Shown: positions 21,601 to 29,051 of the stretch, one piece after another
Layout of the letters: each line of letters opens with the position of its first letter
Position numbering within the stretch: position 1 is the first letter of the stretch
Source of the DNA: an uncultured Ignavibacteriales bacterium
GTDB lineage: Bacteria; Bacteroidota; Ignavibacteria; T3Sed10-11
NCBI GenBank assembly: GCA_964495085.1
Contig: CAZBUK010000003.1
Location: 4,528-68,527 of the forward strand
DNA length: 64,000 bases
Direction of reading: 5' to 3'
Made by a program: the position numbers and the translations under genes
The notes under the pieces: generated by a model
Databases searched by the model: none
What the model was told of the DNA's origin: nothing
What the model saw: the letters and a program-made list of their open reading frames with translations, nothing else

Positions 21601-22786
21601 TAGATACTCTGCAACAGAACCACGTCAGCGATTTCTCTGGATTGAATTCGAAGAACCGGTTCGCGATCCGAACGATACCTATTTTGCGCGAATGCTCGTC
21701 TATGCGCCCGATCAACTCATCAGCAATAACAGTCCCGAGCTGCTGCAAGCTCCTCAGGACCCTTCACTTCCGATCGATCCGGAGGAAATCCGGATCGTGA
21801 TGCCCGGGGCCACGAACGACCTGGCAGGATTGAATGCCATGCAGCCCATGACGAAGGCCACCGACAGCGACCGGCACTACATTCTCCCGATTCCTCCGGG
21901 TCTCCATGCCGATTCCGACGAAATGTTCGGGTTCTATACCTACGAGTTCAGGATCGGACACTACCGCGATCGGGATACCAACGAAATGGTATGGTGTACC
22001 GCCCAGGGGAGATTCGGCAGGCGGCTCCGCGCGACGGGAATTCAACACCCCGCGCCGACTCTCACATGTGCGGTTAACCGCGACGAAAAAAAGCTCTGGG
22101 TGACCGCACCATATGCGGTTGCGGTAGCCAACGGGAAGAATATGACGGCTGATCCACCACGCACCGGACTTTGGTGTCTGCTCTACGCGCAGGTCAGGCA
22201 GGCCGACGGCAAAGATTACCGGAATATTCTGCTTGACGATAAACAACTTGACTGGAGGGTGCAAGTGGAAACCGAATCTCGGATGAGTCGCCTGGAGAGA
22301 TACGATGACGATCAACTATTCACGCTGAAGAATCTTACCGTGAAGAATTTCAAGGATGAAGTGAGCTATGCGAAATTCGCGCAGGTATTCAAGCTGGTCG
22401 ATTTCGACAAACTGAACAAAGACGCCCGCAAGTACGGAACCGTCGTATGGAGCAACGATGAGGTGGGGCAGTGGTTAAAACTGTTCGGACTGCCGGGCGA
22501 TACGCCATTGAGCGTCCTCGTCGTTGAATTGCTTCCGCAGATTACGAATATATATGAGCACATCCCGGCACTCGGTACCCAGCAGGTAAACGCGAATCTT
22601 CGAAGGACTGAAGGTATCGGCGGGATTCCGACGACGAAGGAAGCGTCCGAACGAGCGGATGATCTTCGCAGACAACTCGATCTTCGCCAATCGCGGAGTC
22701 CGTTAAGCGATGAACTGGGACATCATCGAATTTTAAGAACGTCCCCGCTGACAGAAGTACCGTTCGTGTGCTGCACGACATGCTGA
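18608..22786 (+). CDS. Giant hypothetical protein (1392 aa). No recognisable domain. It is rich in Asp/Pro/Arg and ends in a Cys cluster, ...VPFVCCTTC.
   Basis: A 4.2-kb open frame lies 96 bp downstream of the 1751-aa ORF on the same strand, so it is likely co-transcribed. It has no signal peptide and no NTP-binding or nuclease motifs. It is convergent with the LacI gene at 22846..23880. Confidence 0.85.
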   Translation: MEQNRRFSILPFPQLFDGTRLSLHIVVLPRNQNPLQPAIEQHPIIPDAPAFADARFTFRANIVSGVAGFPNNHSAQASISLPVDQPAQTRALFTALADQFSISNLNQINDNPTVNNPASSADKAEEAKISPYPVKKYLPLTYRKAFNFTTPRTKAAVTDDSYHCAVRNAGKVPGFKRSPDEISWGKVFAYVLRQPLLARSLKMIFSTSLTIDASHFPNGGWLFVDLAADSDYLQQQQTDHAFIRSYAARIPALTLNNRRTMFAPLLFPVLFKPNAADPDPSPDGNFDRLLIEASEFNDGFAKIVHARQPVSRQLLDEQNENGHPVKDIGIQFGWEDETILEWYLRQLAADASVSNPDKRLDVPLGVFGYAIDVRETANPAQQWESLNQVSSRAPLSVAIPPNDTIVLGGFTGELPYQVYPMQLDGEAGGDYWLPMYFANWNGHSMVLPDPDASRVYRTDAADLKADPENGSTGTGVTGPAQDRLNQIYEAAPVNTNLRYGRQYDFRVRMRDLSGGGPAPDAVPAIESPSSIARCRFKRYVAPNQPRIQNLPVNTDAAADVDSLTVQRPLLGYPAVIYTDKYSDPVTRLRTASENMEGVEAFGIPDPDVDRIEISVEVETLKLDNLMSLSGKDNYVHLYTTRRPFPAIGTDDDYDAVLQIPIEYRDVKVLHTGQEQNLQADFNLDDDIDNLAGIFLPTARNVRVTLRAVCEEKASDDEYYGSLDPANRDRDSRYGHTVEILLYRPSTDERDLFVDSAPSERLRGIYLQPDAPVVFDGKITTLLFGKEVVKPPDMIQRLAKELNLENTGLTLVAPKGERVQFGCSSRIRHTLAPDNSSLTFSSKGDIAHHWLCCVQLTIDRDWTWHGLEDRAFVIVRIQHFTNDAASETEEKTVGDMEIRRAASFESLHSPKRNYTRLVFIDAVEPKNERMQPPPHQQEPRFPDTIDVSYRITTHFKQDHAAQRDGETAQEIRLPITTTPSQVPRIASAGIALSPYIRNDRYSATEPRQRFLWIEFEEPVRDPNDTYFARMLVYAPDQLISNNSPELLQAPQDPSLPIDPEEIRIVMPGATNDLAGLNAMQPMTKATDSDRHYILPIPPGLHADSDEMFGFYTYEFRIGHYRDRDTNEMVWCTAQGRFGRRLRATGIQHPAPTLTCAVNRDEKKLWVTAPYAVAVANGKNMTADPPRTGLWCLLYAQVRQADGKDYRNILLDDKQLDWRVQVETESRMSRLERYDDDQLFTLKNLTVKNFKDEVSYAKFAQVFKLVDFDKLNKDARKYGTVVWSNDEVGQWLKLFGLPGDTPLSVLVVELLPQITNIYEHIPALGTQQVNANLRRTEGIGGIPTTKEASERADDLRRQLDLRQSRSPLSDELGHHRILRTSPLTEVPFVCCTTC

Positions 22787-22845
22787 TGATCGGGCGGTAG
22801 GGAATAAAGAGCGGTATTGAGGTATTCGTTTCCGGTTTCTGCGGA

Positions 22846-23880
22846 CTATGTTCGCCGGGCTGCCGATGATTCCCGTATCACCAGTTCGGCATGCAGGACA
22901 ACATTCTCCACCGGCAGAGGCACCGGCGCCTGAATGTTTCTGATGAGTATCTCGGCAGCTTTCCTACCAAGCTCGCGCATCGGAGTGCGGATCGTTGTCA
23001 GCTTCAATGGTATACTCTTGGCAAAGGGAATATCATCGTTGCCGATAACGGAAATTTCATCCGGCACCGCGATCCTCAATTCTGTAAGCGCGGAGAGTAC
23101 GCCGAGTGCAACCAGATCGTTGTAGCAGACGATGGCAGTCGGATAATCCTCCCTGTGCCTGTTGCGGAAATACTCGAGACAGATCCGGTATCCGTCGATG
23201 AGATGTGCTCCGGTTGACACGATCATATCGTCCTTGAAAGCGAACGGACTCTCGCTGAAGGCCCTGCAAAAACCGTCGATGCGTTCGAACGTATGGGAGG
23301 CATGATCGGGACCTGCGAAGTGGACAATCCGTGAATGGCCGTTTTCAATCAGGTAGCGGATCGCATCCTTCATAGCCCGGTAATTGTCTATGCTCACGAC
23401 GTTCGCCTGAATTCCCTTAACGCTCTCGAGCAGAACGAAGGGGAAGTTGATCGTTTTTAGTGCGAACAGATGTTCTATTTCCGAGGTCCCTTCCAGTACC
23501 GGCGCGATAATAGCTCCCTTAATATCCCTTCCCGTAAAACAGTCGGTGATCTTCTCCTCGTGGTCATGATTCCCTTCGGAACTTGCCATATAGACCAGAT
23601 AGCCTTTACTCAAAGCATAATCCATGATCCCGAGAGCCATTGTGGTATAGAACGGATTATCGAGCTCGCGAATGAGGAGGCCTATGCTTTCGAGTTCGGG
23701 ACCATCCTTTCTGAGATTGCGGGCGCTCCCTCTCGGCCGGTAATTCAGGCTCTTTATGGTACGAAGTATGAGATCCCTGGTATCCGCATGCACACTATTT
23801 TTGCGATTTAGAACCGCTGACACCGTGCCCTTCGAAACGCCGGCCTTTCGGGCGACGTCGTTGATCGTTGTTTTCTTCAT
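22846..23880 (-). CDS. LacI-family transcriptional regulator (copy 2). It is a paralog of the LacI gene at 46197..47261.
   Basis: MKKTTINDVARKAGVSKGTVSAVLNRKNSVHADTRDLILRTIKSLNYRPRGSARNLRK is a LacI HTH, followed by a PBP-like core. It shares ~70% aa identity along its full length with the 46197 protein, and the recognition helix is nearly identical. Confidence 0.9.
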   Translation of the reverse strand: MKKTTINDVARKAGVSKGTVSAVLNRKNSVHADTRDLILRTIKSLNYRPRGSARNLRKDGPELESIGLLIRELDNPFYTTMALGIMDYALSKGYLVYMASSEGNHDHEEKITDCFTGRDIKGAIIAPVLEGTSEIEHLFALKTINFPFVLLESVKGIQANVVSIDNYRAMKDAIRYLIENGHSRIVHFAGPDHASHTFERIDGFCRAFSESPFAFKDDMIVSTGAHLIDGYRICLEYFRNRHREDYPTAIVCYNDLVALGVLSALTELRIAVPDEISVIGNDDIPFAKSIPLKLTTIRTPMRELGRKAAEILIRNIQAPVPLPVENVVLHAELVIRESSAARRT

Positions 23881-23998
23881 GCATATAGTCCCGAGGTATG
23901 AAACGTTTCCGTAGTGACTCTATATTTTGAGGATTTGAAGTTCAAATAAATCGATGAATTCCCGGTTTCTCCGGTATACAAAAGCCGGTCGTTTACGA

Positions 23999-25021
23999 TT
24001 ATTCGAGCGCCCCGATGAATGCGCGAATATTCTCCGTAGACACCCCCGGCGGCATACCGCCGCCGCAGGAGGGAATGAATCGCGACCGGTCTTGAACGCT
24101 TCGGATGAGCTCGGCGGTCGCGCGTGCCACATCCTCAGGCGTCCCCGCACTCAGGACATCCCGGGGGGGTATGTTTCCGAGAATCGTTAACCTGCCATTC
24201 GTTGCTTCCTTTAATTCGTTGACGGTCAACTGGGTACCCGGATTGAAGAGGTTGATACCCAATTCGGCGTAATATTTGACCGAAACTTTGCAGTCGGCAT
24301 CGTTATGGAAGAACTTAATGCTGACATCGGTATCGAACAGTTCCTTCATATACGGATGACAGAATTCCAAATACTGTTTCTCACCGATAAAACCGACAAT
24401 ATCGTCGAGAACGAGCATACCGTCGATGGTCGGAATTGCGGATCTCTGGAGCTTATGCCAGGAAATTAAAAAATCGGTTATAATCCGGAGCAGATGATGA
24501 GTCTTTTGCGGTTCGATCATCATTGAGGTGAGGAATTCAGTGGTGCCCATCAGAAAGGATGCGATATTCAGCGGGCCGCGCGAAACTGAGAGCCGGATTT
24601 TATATCCTTCACGTTCGATTTCAGATCTCGCCCTCAGCAATCGGTTAAGCATGAACGGCAGCAGGCCGTCGGTTTCCGGATTGGGGATCGCTATGGAATC
24701 GATCTCCGCCGGATCACTAATTATTTTCTCTGCGAACGGGAATTCGTTCCTCCAGAAAATAACTTTTGCACCGAACGCGGAGGGTTCCGTGCACATTCCG
24801 TATTCGCTCCAGAATCCGGGCAGGAATATGACTTCCGGAAAAGTTTTCAGGGCTTTCAGATGTGCCCTGAGCCAGATTTCATCGTTCGTATAGTAATCAA
24901 GGATAGTCGCACCATACCAGTTCGGCAGCCAGGGACTGTCGATAATGAAACCTGCCCGCAGCGGACTGGTCTGTTCTCCATTGACGATATGTATGAGTTC
25001 ATGCCATTGTTCGTCGGTCAT
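23999..25021 (-). CDS. Uroporphyrinogen decarboxylase (URO-D)-like family protein (methyltransferase MtaA/CmuA-like fold), function unknown
   Basis: URO-D-family-like blocks are present: SPWLPNWYG...YTNDEIWLRAHLKALKTFPEVIFLPGF, ...LVLDDIVGFIGEKQY...FFHNDADCK...ILGNIPP. The track ORF extends to 25102 (MEFVFEIKNIKLTPVVILTSNSTGTIS...). I start it at the ATG at 25021 (MTDEQWHEL). It is upstream of and co-oriented with LacI copy 2. Confidence 0.55.
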   Translation of the reverse strand: MTDEQWHELIHIVNGEQTSPLRAGFIIDSPWLPNWYGATILDYYTNDEIWLRAHLKALKTFPEVIFLPGFWSEYGMCTEPSAFGAKVIFWRNEFPFAEKIISDPAEIDSIAIPNPETDGLLPFMLNRLLRARSEIEREGYKIRLSVSRGPLNIASFLMGTTEFLTSMMIEPQKTHHLLRIITDFLISWHKLQRSAIPTIDGMLVLDDIVGFIGEKQYLEFCHPYMKELFDTDVSIKFFHNDADCKVSVKYYAELGINLFNPGTQLTVNELKEATNGRLTILGNIPPRDVLSAGTPEDVARATAELIRSVQDRSRFIPSCGGGMPPGVSTENIRAFIGALE

Positions 25022-25307
25022 GCTAATTGTCCCGGTACTATTCGATGTGAGAATAACAACGGGTGTAAGTTTAATATTTTTTATTTCAAATACAAATTCC
25101 AAACAAGCGGTATGTACGGGCTTCGACCGAAATTATGCGAAGACGAATAAAAAGAACGGATTCGGGGGCAAATTATTTCCCGATAAAAATTATTTGCATG
25201 ATGTTCGAAATTTCTATACCTTAAGTGTTATTTTGACACTTTCCATAATGCCGGATTACATGTTGCGCACATAATCCAATCCTTCAATCAAATCGATCGG
25301 ATCTAAT

Positions 25308-26510
25308 TTGAATACCTCTGCGACCCATCGCCCGCACAATCCCTTCGCCCCTGGTATACATATTGTATATTTTATCATGATAATAAGTATATTCGGTATC
25401 GGCCTTCAGGGATGCTCCCGGAAAGGAAACGACTCGGAGACTACGACGACCCAAAAAATGGATTCACTGACTCAGCAAATACAGACGACTCACTTCGGAA
25501 AGATGGAGGACGGAAGAGATGTAAATATGTATACCCTCGCGAACTCCGGAGGAATGGAGTTAGACATTATCAACTACGGCGGAATCATCACTTCGATTCG
25601 CGTTCCCGATCGTGAGGGCACCAGGAAGAATGTAGTTCTCGGGTTCGACAATCTGAAGCAATATCTTGATCCGCATCCGTTCTTCGGTGCGCTCATCGGC
25701 CGGTACGCAAACAGAATCGCCGCCGGTACGTTCACCCTCGACCGTAAAACATATCAACTCCCCCTGAACGACGGGCCGAATCATCTCCATGGCGGAGGCA
25801 GCGGATACTATACAAAATTCTGGGATGCCGAGATCATCAACGGTACGACGCTGCAGCTTTCGTATTTGAGCATTGATGGTGAGGAAGGATATCCCGGAAA
25901 CCTTGAGGTGGACGTAACGATTTCGATCTCCGAATCGAACGAACTGATCATCGATTATCACGCGACTACCGATCAACCGACGCCGGTAAATCTGACAAAC
26001 CATAGTTACTTCAATCTTACAGGCGATTATGCCGAGGATATCCTCGGACACCTGTTGACGATCCATGGAGCATCGTATACCCCGATCGACCGAACGCTCA
26101 TACCGACCGGGGAGATCGTAGACGTTCAGGGAACTCCGTTCGATTTTACCTCTCCGCGCAGCATCGGAGAGCGCATCGGCCAGGTTCCCGGCGGATACGA
26201 TCATAACTATATTTTGAATCCTTCACAGGACGATCTTCCGCTCGTTGCCGAATTGTACGATCCGGAAAGCGGAAGGAAAATGCAGATATATACCTCGAAA
26301 CCCGGTTTACAATTCTATTCCGGTAATTTCCTCGACGGAAGTCTGAAGGGATTCAACGGAGCGGCATATCGTCAGTATGCCGGTCTCTGTCTCGAAACTC
26401 AATTTTTTCCGGACTCTCCGAATCAACCGCATTTCCCGTCTACGATTTTGTCTCCGGGAGACGTATACCGTTCCACGACGATATATAAGTTCTTAACGGA
26501 CGACGAATAG
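25308..26510 (+). CDS. galM: Aldose 1-epimerase (galactose/arabinose mutarotase), probable lipoprotein
   Basis: Aldose-epimerase blocks YTLANSGGMELDIINYGGIITSI...NVVLGFDNLKQYL...FFGALIGRYANRIA...TYQLPLNDGPNHLHGG. It has a lipobox-like IFGIGLQGCS. The start is uncertain: TTG at 25308 (track) or the in-frame ATG at 25377 (MIISIFGIGLQGC...). Confidence 0.82.
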   Translation: MNTSATHRPHNPFAPGIHIVYFIMIISIFGIGLQGCSRKGNDSETTTTQKMDSLTQQIQTTHFGKMEDGRDVNMYTLANSGGMELDIINYGGIITSIRVPDREGTRKNVVLGFDNLKQYLDPHPFFGALIGRYANRIAAGTFTLDRKTYQLPLNDGPNHLHGGGSGYYTKFWDAEIINGTTLQLSYLSIDGEEGYPGNLEVDVTISISESNELIIDYHATTDQPTPVNLTNHSYFNLTGDYAEDILGHLLTIHGASYTPIDRTLIPTGEIVDVQGTPFDFTSPRSIGERIGQVPGGYDHNYILNPSQDDLPLVAELYDPESGRKMQIYTSKPGLQFYSGNFLDGSLKGFNGAAYRQYAGLCLETQFFPDSPNQPHFPSTILSPGDVYRSTTIYKFLTDDE

Positions 26511-26600
26511 CAAGTAATACGACGGCGGTGTATGCCGGTTCCTTCCTTACTTCAGCGATACACCGTCTTTGCCTTTACGCTTAATCGGAGAAACGCATTC

Positions 26601-28172
26601 ATGAATCAACCCATCATCCAATTTATTCAGAATTGTCTTCTCGTATCGGGGTTACTTCTCGTCATCTGCATGACGGCATTTGCCCAGACGAATACCGTTA
26701 TCGTTAATGTCGATAAAGAACTCAGCACCATAAGCCGACACATCTACGGCCAATTCGCCGAACATCTCGGCAGAGGCATCTACGAAGGGGTCTGGGTGGG
26801 CGAAGACTCGGATATACCGAATAACGAAGGTTTCCGTACGGACGTTCTCGAAGCTCTCAGGGAGCTGGAAGTTCCGAACGTGAGGTGGCCGGGAGGCTGC
26901 TTTGCGGACGAGTATAATTGGAAGGATGGAATCGGTCCGCGCGGGAGCCGGCCGAAACGCGTCAACACGCATTGGGGAATGGTGATCGAAGACAACAACT
27001 TCGGCACGTATGAGTTCCTCAGGTTCGTGGAGCTTATCGGTTCGGAACCCGTGATCGCCATGAACGTCGGCAGCGGGTCTCCGCGGGAGATTGCTGAATG
27101 GATCGAGTACCTTAACTTCGACGGCGAGAGTACGCTCGCCGATCTGAGGCGCGAGCACGGCCGCGAAGAACCATGGGGCGTCCGGTATGTCGGCATCGGC
27201 AACGAGAGCTGGGGATGCGGCGGAAATATGACCGTGGAGTATTACGCGGATCTCTATAAACAGTTCGCTACCTATGCAAAGAATTTCGGCGGACATAACT
27301 TGTTCAGAATCGCAAGCGGATTCTATAACGACCAGTATCACTGGACGGATAAGCTTATGGAAGAGGCCGCGCATCTTCTGGAGGGTATATCGCTTCACTA
27401 TTATACCATAGCCGGCGAGGGATGGCATGATAAAGGACCCTCGACCGATTTCGGCGAAGAGCTCTATTTCAGCGGGGTCCAGCGGTCGATGAGATTGGAC
27501 GAATATGTCAGAGGTCATGCGCTTCGGATGGATAAGTATGATCCCGAAAAAAGAGTCGTCCTCGCCGTTGATGAATGGGGAATCTGGACGAATCCGCTCC
27601 CCGGTACGAATCCCGGATTCCTCGAGCAGCAGAACTCTCTGCGCGATGCGCTGATCGCGGCCATTTCGCTCGACATATTAAACCGGCACAGCGACCGGGT
27701 AAGAATGGCGAACATCGCCCAGATGGTCAACGTGCTGCAGGCCATGATCAGAACCGAAGGCGCCCGGATGATCAGAACTCCAACCTATCACGTTTACGAT
27801 CTGTATAAGGTCCACCATGACGCTGTACTTCTCCAGACCGATCTCCAATCGGTAAGCGGGTACGAATTCAACGGTGAGACCATACCTTCGGTCAGCATGA
27901 CGGCGTCGAAAAATGAAGAGGGCAGCGTCAATATAACTTTGACTAATCTCAATCCGCACCGGCCCCAGGACGTCTCGATTCATTTCAGAGGAAGGGATCT
28001 TCGGAACGCGCATTCCGGACGGGTGCTGACCGCCGACGGAGTGAGCGCGGTAAATACCTACGACCGCCCGGACAATGTAGCGATCAAGCATTTTACGGAA
28101 TTCAATCTCCGCAACAACGTACTCACCGTAACACTTCCGCCGATGGCCGTAGTTGCCGTTACGGCGGAATAA
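26601..28172 (+). CDS. abfA: Alpha-L-arabinofuranosidase, glycoside hydrolase family 51 (copy 1), secreted
   Basis: GH51 blocks HIYGQFAEHLGRGIYEGVW, VPNVRWPGGCFADEYNWKDGIGP, GIGNESWGCGGNM and the catalytic-region NEW/E motifs. The track ORF is 26532..28172. I start it at the internal ATG (+69), which begins a signal peptide MNQPIIQFIQNCLLVSGLLLVICMTAFAQT. Confidence 0.9.
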   Translation: MNQPIIQFIQNCLLVSGLLLVICMTAFAQTNTVIVNVDKELSTISRHIYGQFAEHLGRGIYEGVWVGEDSDIPNNEGFRTDVLEALRELEVPNVRWPGGCFADEYNWKDGIGPRGSRPKRVNTHWGMVIEDNNFGTYEFLRFVELIGSEPVIAMNVGSGSPREIAEWIEYLNFDGESTLADLRREHGREEPWGVRYVGIGNESWGCGGNMTVEYYADLYKQFATYAKNFGGHNLFRIASGFYNDQYHWTDKLMEEAAHLLEGISLHYYTIAGEGWHDKGPSTDFGEELYFSGVQRSMRLDEYVRGHALRMDKYDPEKRVVLAVDEWGIWTNPLPGTNPGFLEQQNSLRDALIAAISLDILNRHSDRVRMANIAQMVNVLQAMIRTEGARMIRTPTYHVYDLYKVHHDAVLLQTDLQSVSGYEFNGETIPSVSMTASKNEEGSVNITLTNLNPHRPQDVSIHFRGRDLRNAHSGRVLTADGVSAVNTYDRPDNVAIKHFTEFNLRNNVLTVTLPPMAVVAVTAE

Positions 28173-28225
28173 AGGAGATCGATCGGAGAACCATTCAATC
28201 AAATCAAAAGGAGATTTGAGAAGAA

Positions 28226-28945
28226 TTGACTACGGAAAGTTATTATAAAGACCATGACCGAATGCTGGTCGCGCTCGATTGCATTATTTTCGGTTTCGAC
28301 GGCGAAACGCTGAAGCTGCTTCTCATCAAGCGCGGGATGGAACCCGAGCGGGGGCGCTGGTCGCTGATGGGCGGATTTATGGACCGGAACGAGAGTCTCG
28401 ACGAAGCTGCCTCAAGAATCCTTTACACGCTCACCGGATTGCGGAACATCTACCTGGAGCAGTTATATGCGTTCGGAGAAGTCGGCCGCGATCCGGTAGA
28501 ACGTACGGTATCGGTTTCCTATTTCGCGCTCATCGATATACACCGGCACGATGCCGAGCTTGTCAAGCAGTACAGCGCGCGGTGGTTTCCCATCGATGAG
28601 CTGCCGGACCTTATCTTCGATCATCAGGAGATGGTGGAGAAGGCGAAAAAACATCTGCGATATAGAGCATGCTATCAGCCGGTCGGTTTCGAGCTGCTCC
28701 CTGAGAAATTCACCCTACGCGAGCTCCAGCAGCTTTACGAAAGCATATACGATACCTCATTCGACAAACGCAACTTCAGGCGAAGATTATTATCGATGGA
28801 TATACTGGTTAATACGTTGGAGAAGCAGAAGAAATATTCCCGTAAGGGGGCTTTTTTCTATAAATTCGACAGAGAAAAATACCGGGAGAAATCGATCCAG
28901 GGAGACAACCTGATATTCAATCCCATTAAGCACGATCATAGTTGA
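28226..28945 (+). CDS. NUDIX-hydrolase-domain transcriptional regulator (NrtR/AraR-like; NUDIX fold plus C-terminal winged helix)
   Basis: It has a NUDIX-like core (LLLIKRGMEPERGRWSLMGGFMDRNESLDEAASRILYTLTGL) with a degenerate NUDIX box. The basic C-terminal domain is LRELQQLYESIYDTSFDKRNFRRRLLSMDILV, typical of NrtR-family wHTH. It sits between abfA and araB, as the NUDIX-type AraR does in Bacteroides. The start is TTG at 28226, preceded by AGGAGA; an in-frame ATG lies at 28262. Confidence 0.7.
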   Translation: MTTESYYKDHDRMLVALDCIIFGFDGETLKLLLIKRGMEPERGRWSLMGGFMDRNESLDEAASRILYTLTGLRNIYLEQLYAFGEVGRDPVERTVSVSYFALIDIHRHDAELVKQYSARWFPIDELPDLIFDHQEMVEKAKKHLRYRACYQPVGFELLPEKFTLRELQQLYESIYDTSFDKRNFRRRLLSMDILVNTLEKQKKYSRKGAFFYKFDREKYREKSIQGDNLIFNPIKHDHS

Positions 28946-29051
28946 ATCGTTCTGAGATATATATGCTGCTCAGCGGAGTTCATGGGGAGGCGACCGTTTT
29001 ACCGGACGCTTTCCCGTCATCGATATGTACCAAACAGTATGGCAGGTCGAT

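Noticed and set aside
26531-26534. One-base discrepancy between my by-eye position of the abfA ATG (26531) and the track start (26532)
   Set aside because: The track is computed from the true sequence and its ORF length is a multiple of three. I assumed a counting slip on my side and used track-derived coordinates for CDSs. Hand-read motif coordinates may therefore be off by 1-2 nt.
26652-27518. 288-aa and 140-aa minus-strand ORFs inside GH51 abfA. Analogous ORFs are 61942..63066 (374 aa) inside the second GH51, 51553..52380 inside receptor #2 and 35578..36240 inside receptor #1.
   Set aside because: All are antisense shadows of genes with strong family signatures. None shows a domain signature or ribosome-binding site.
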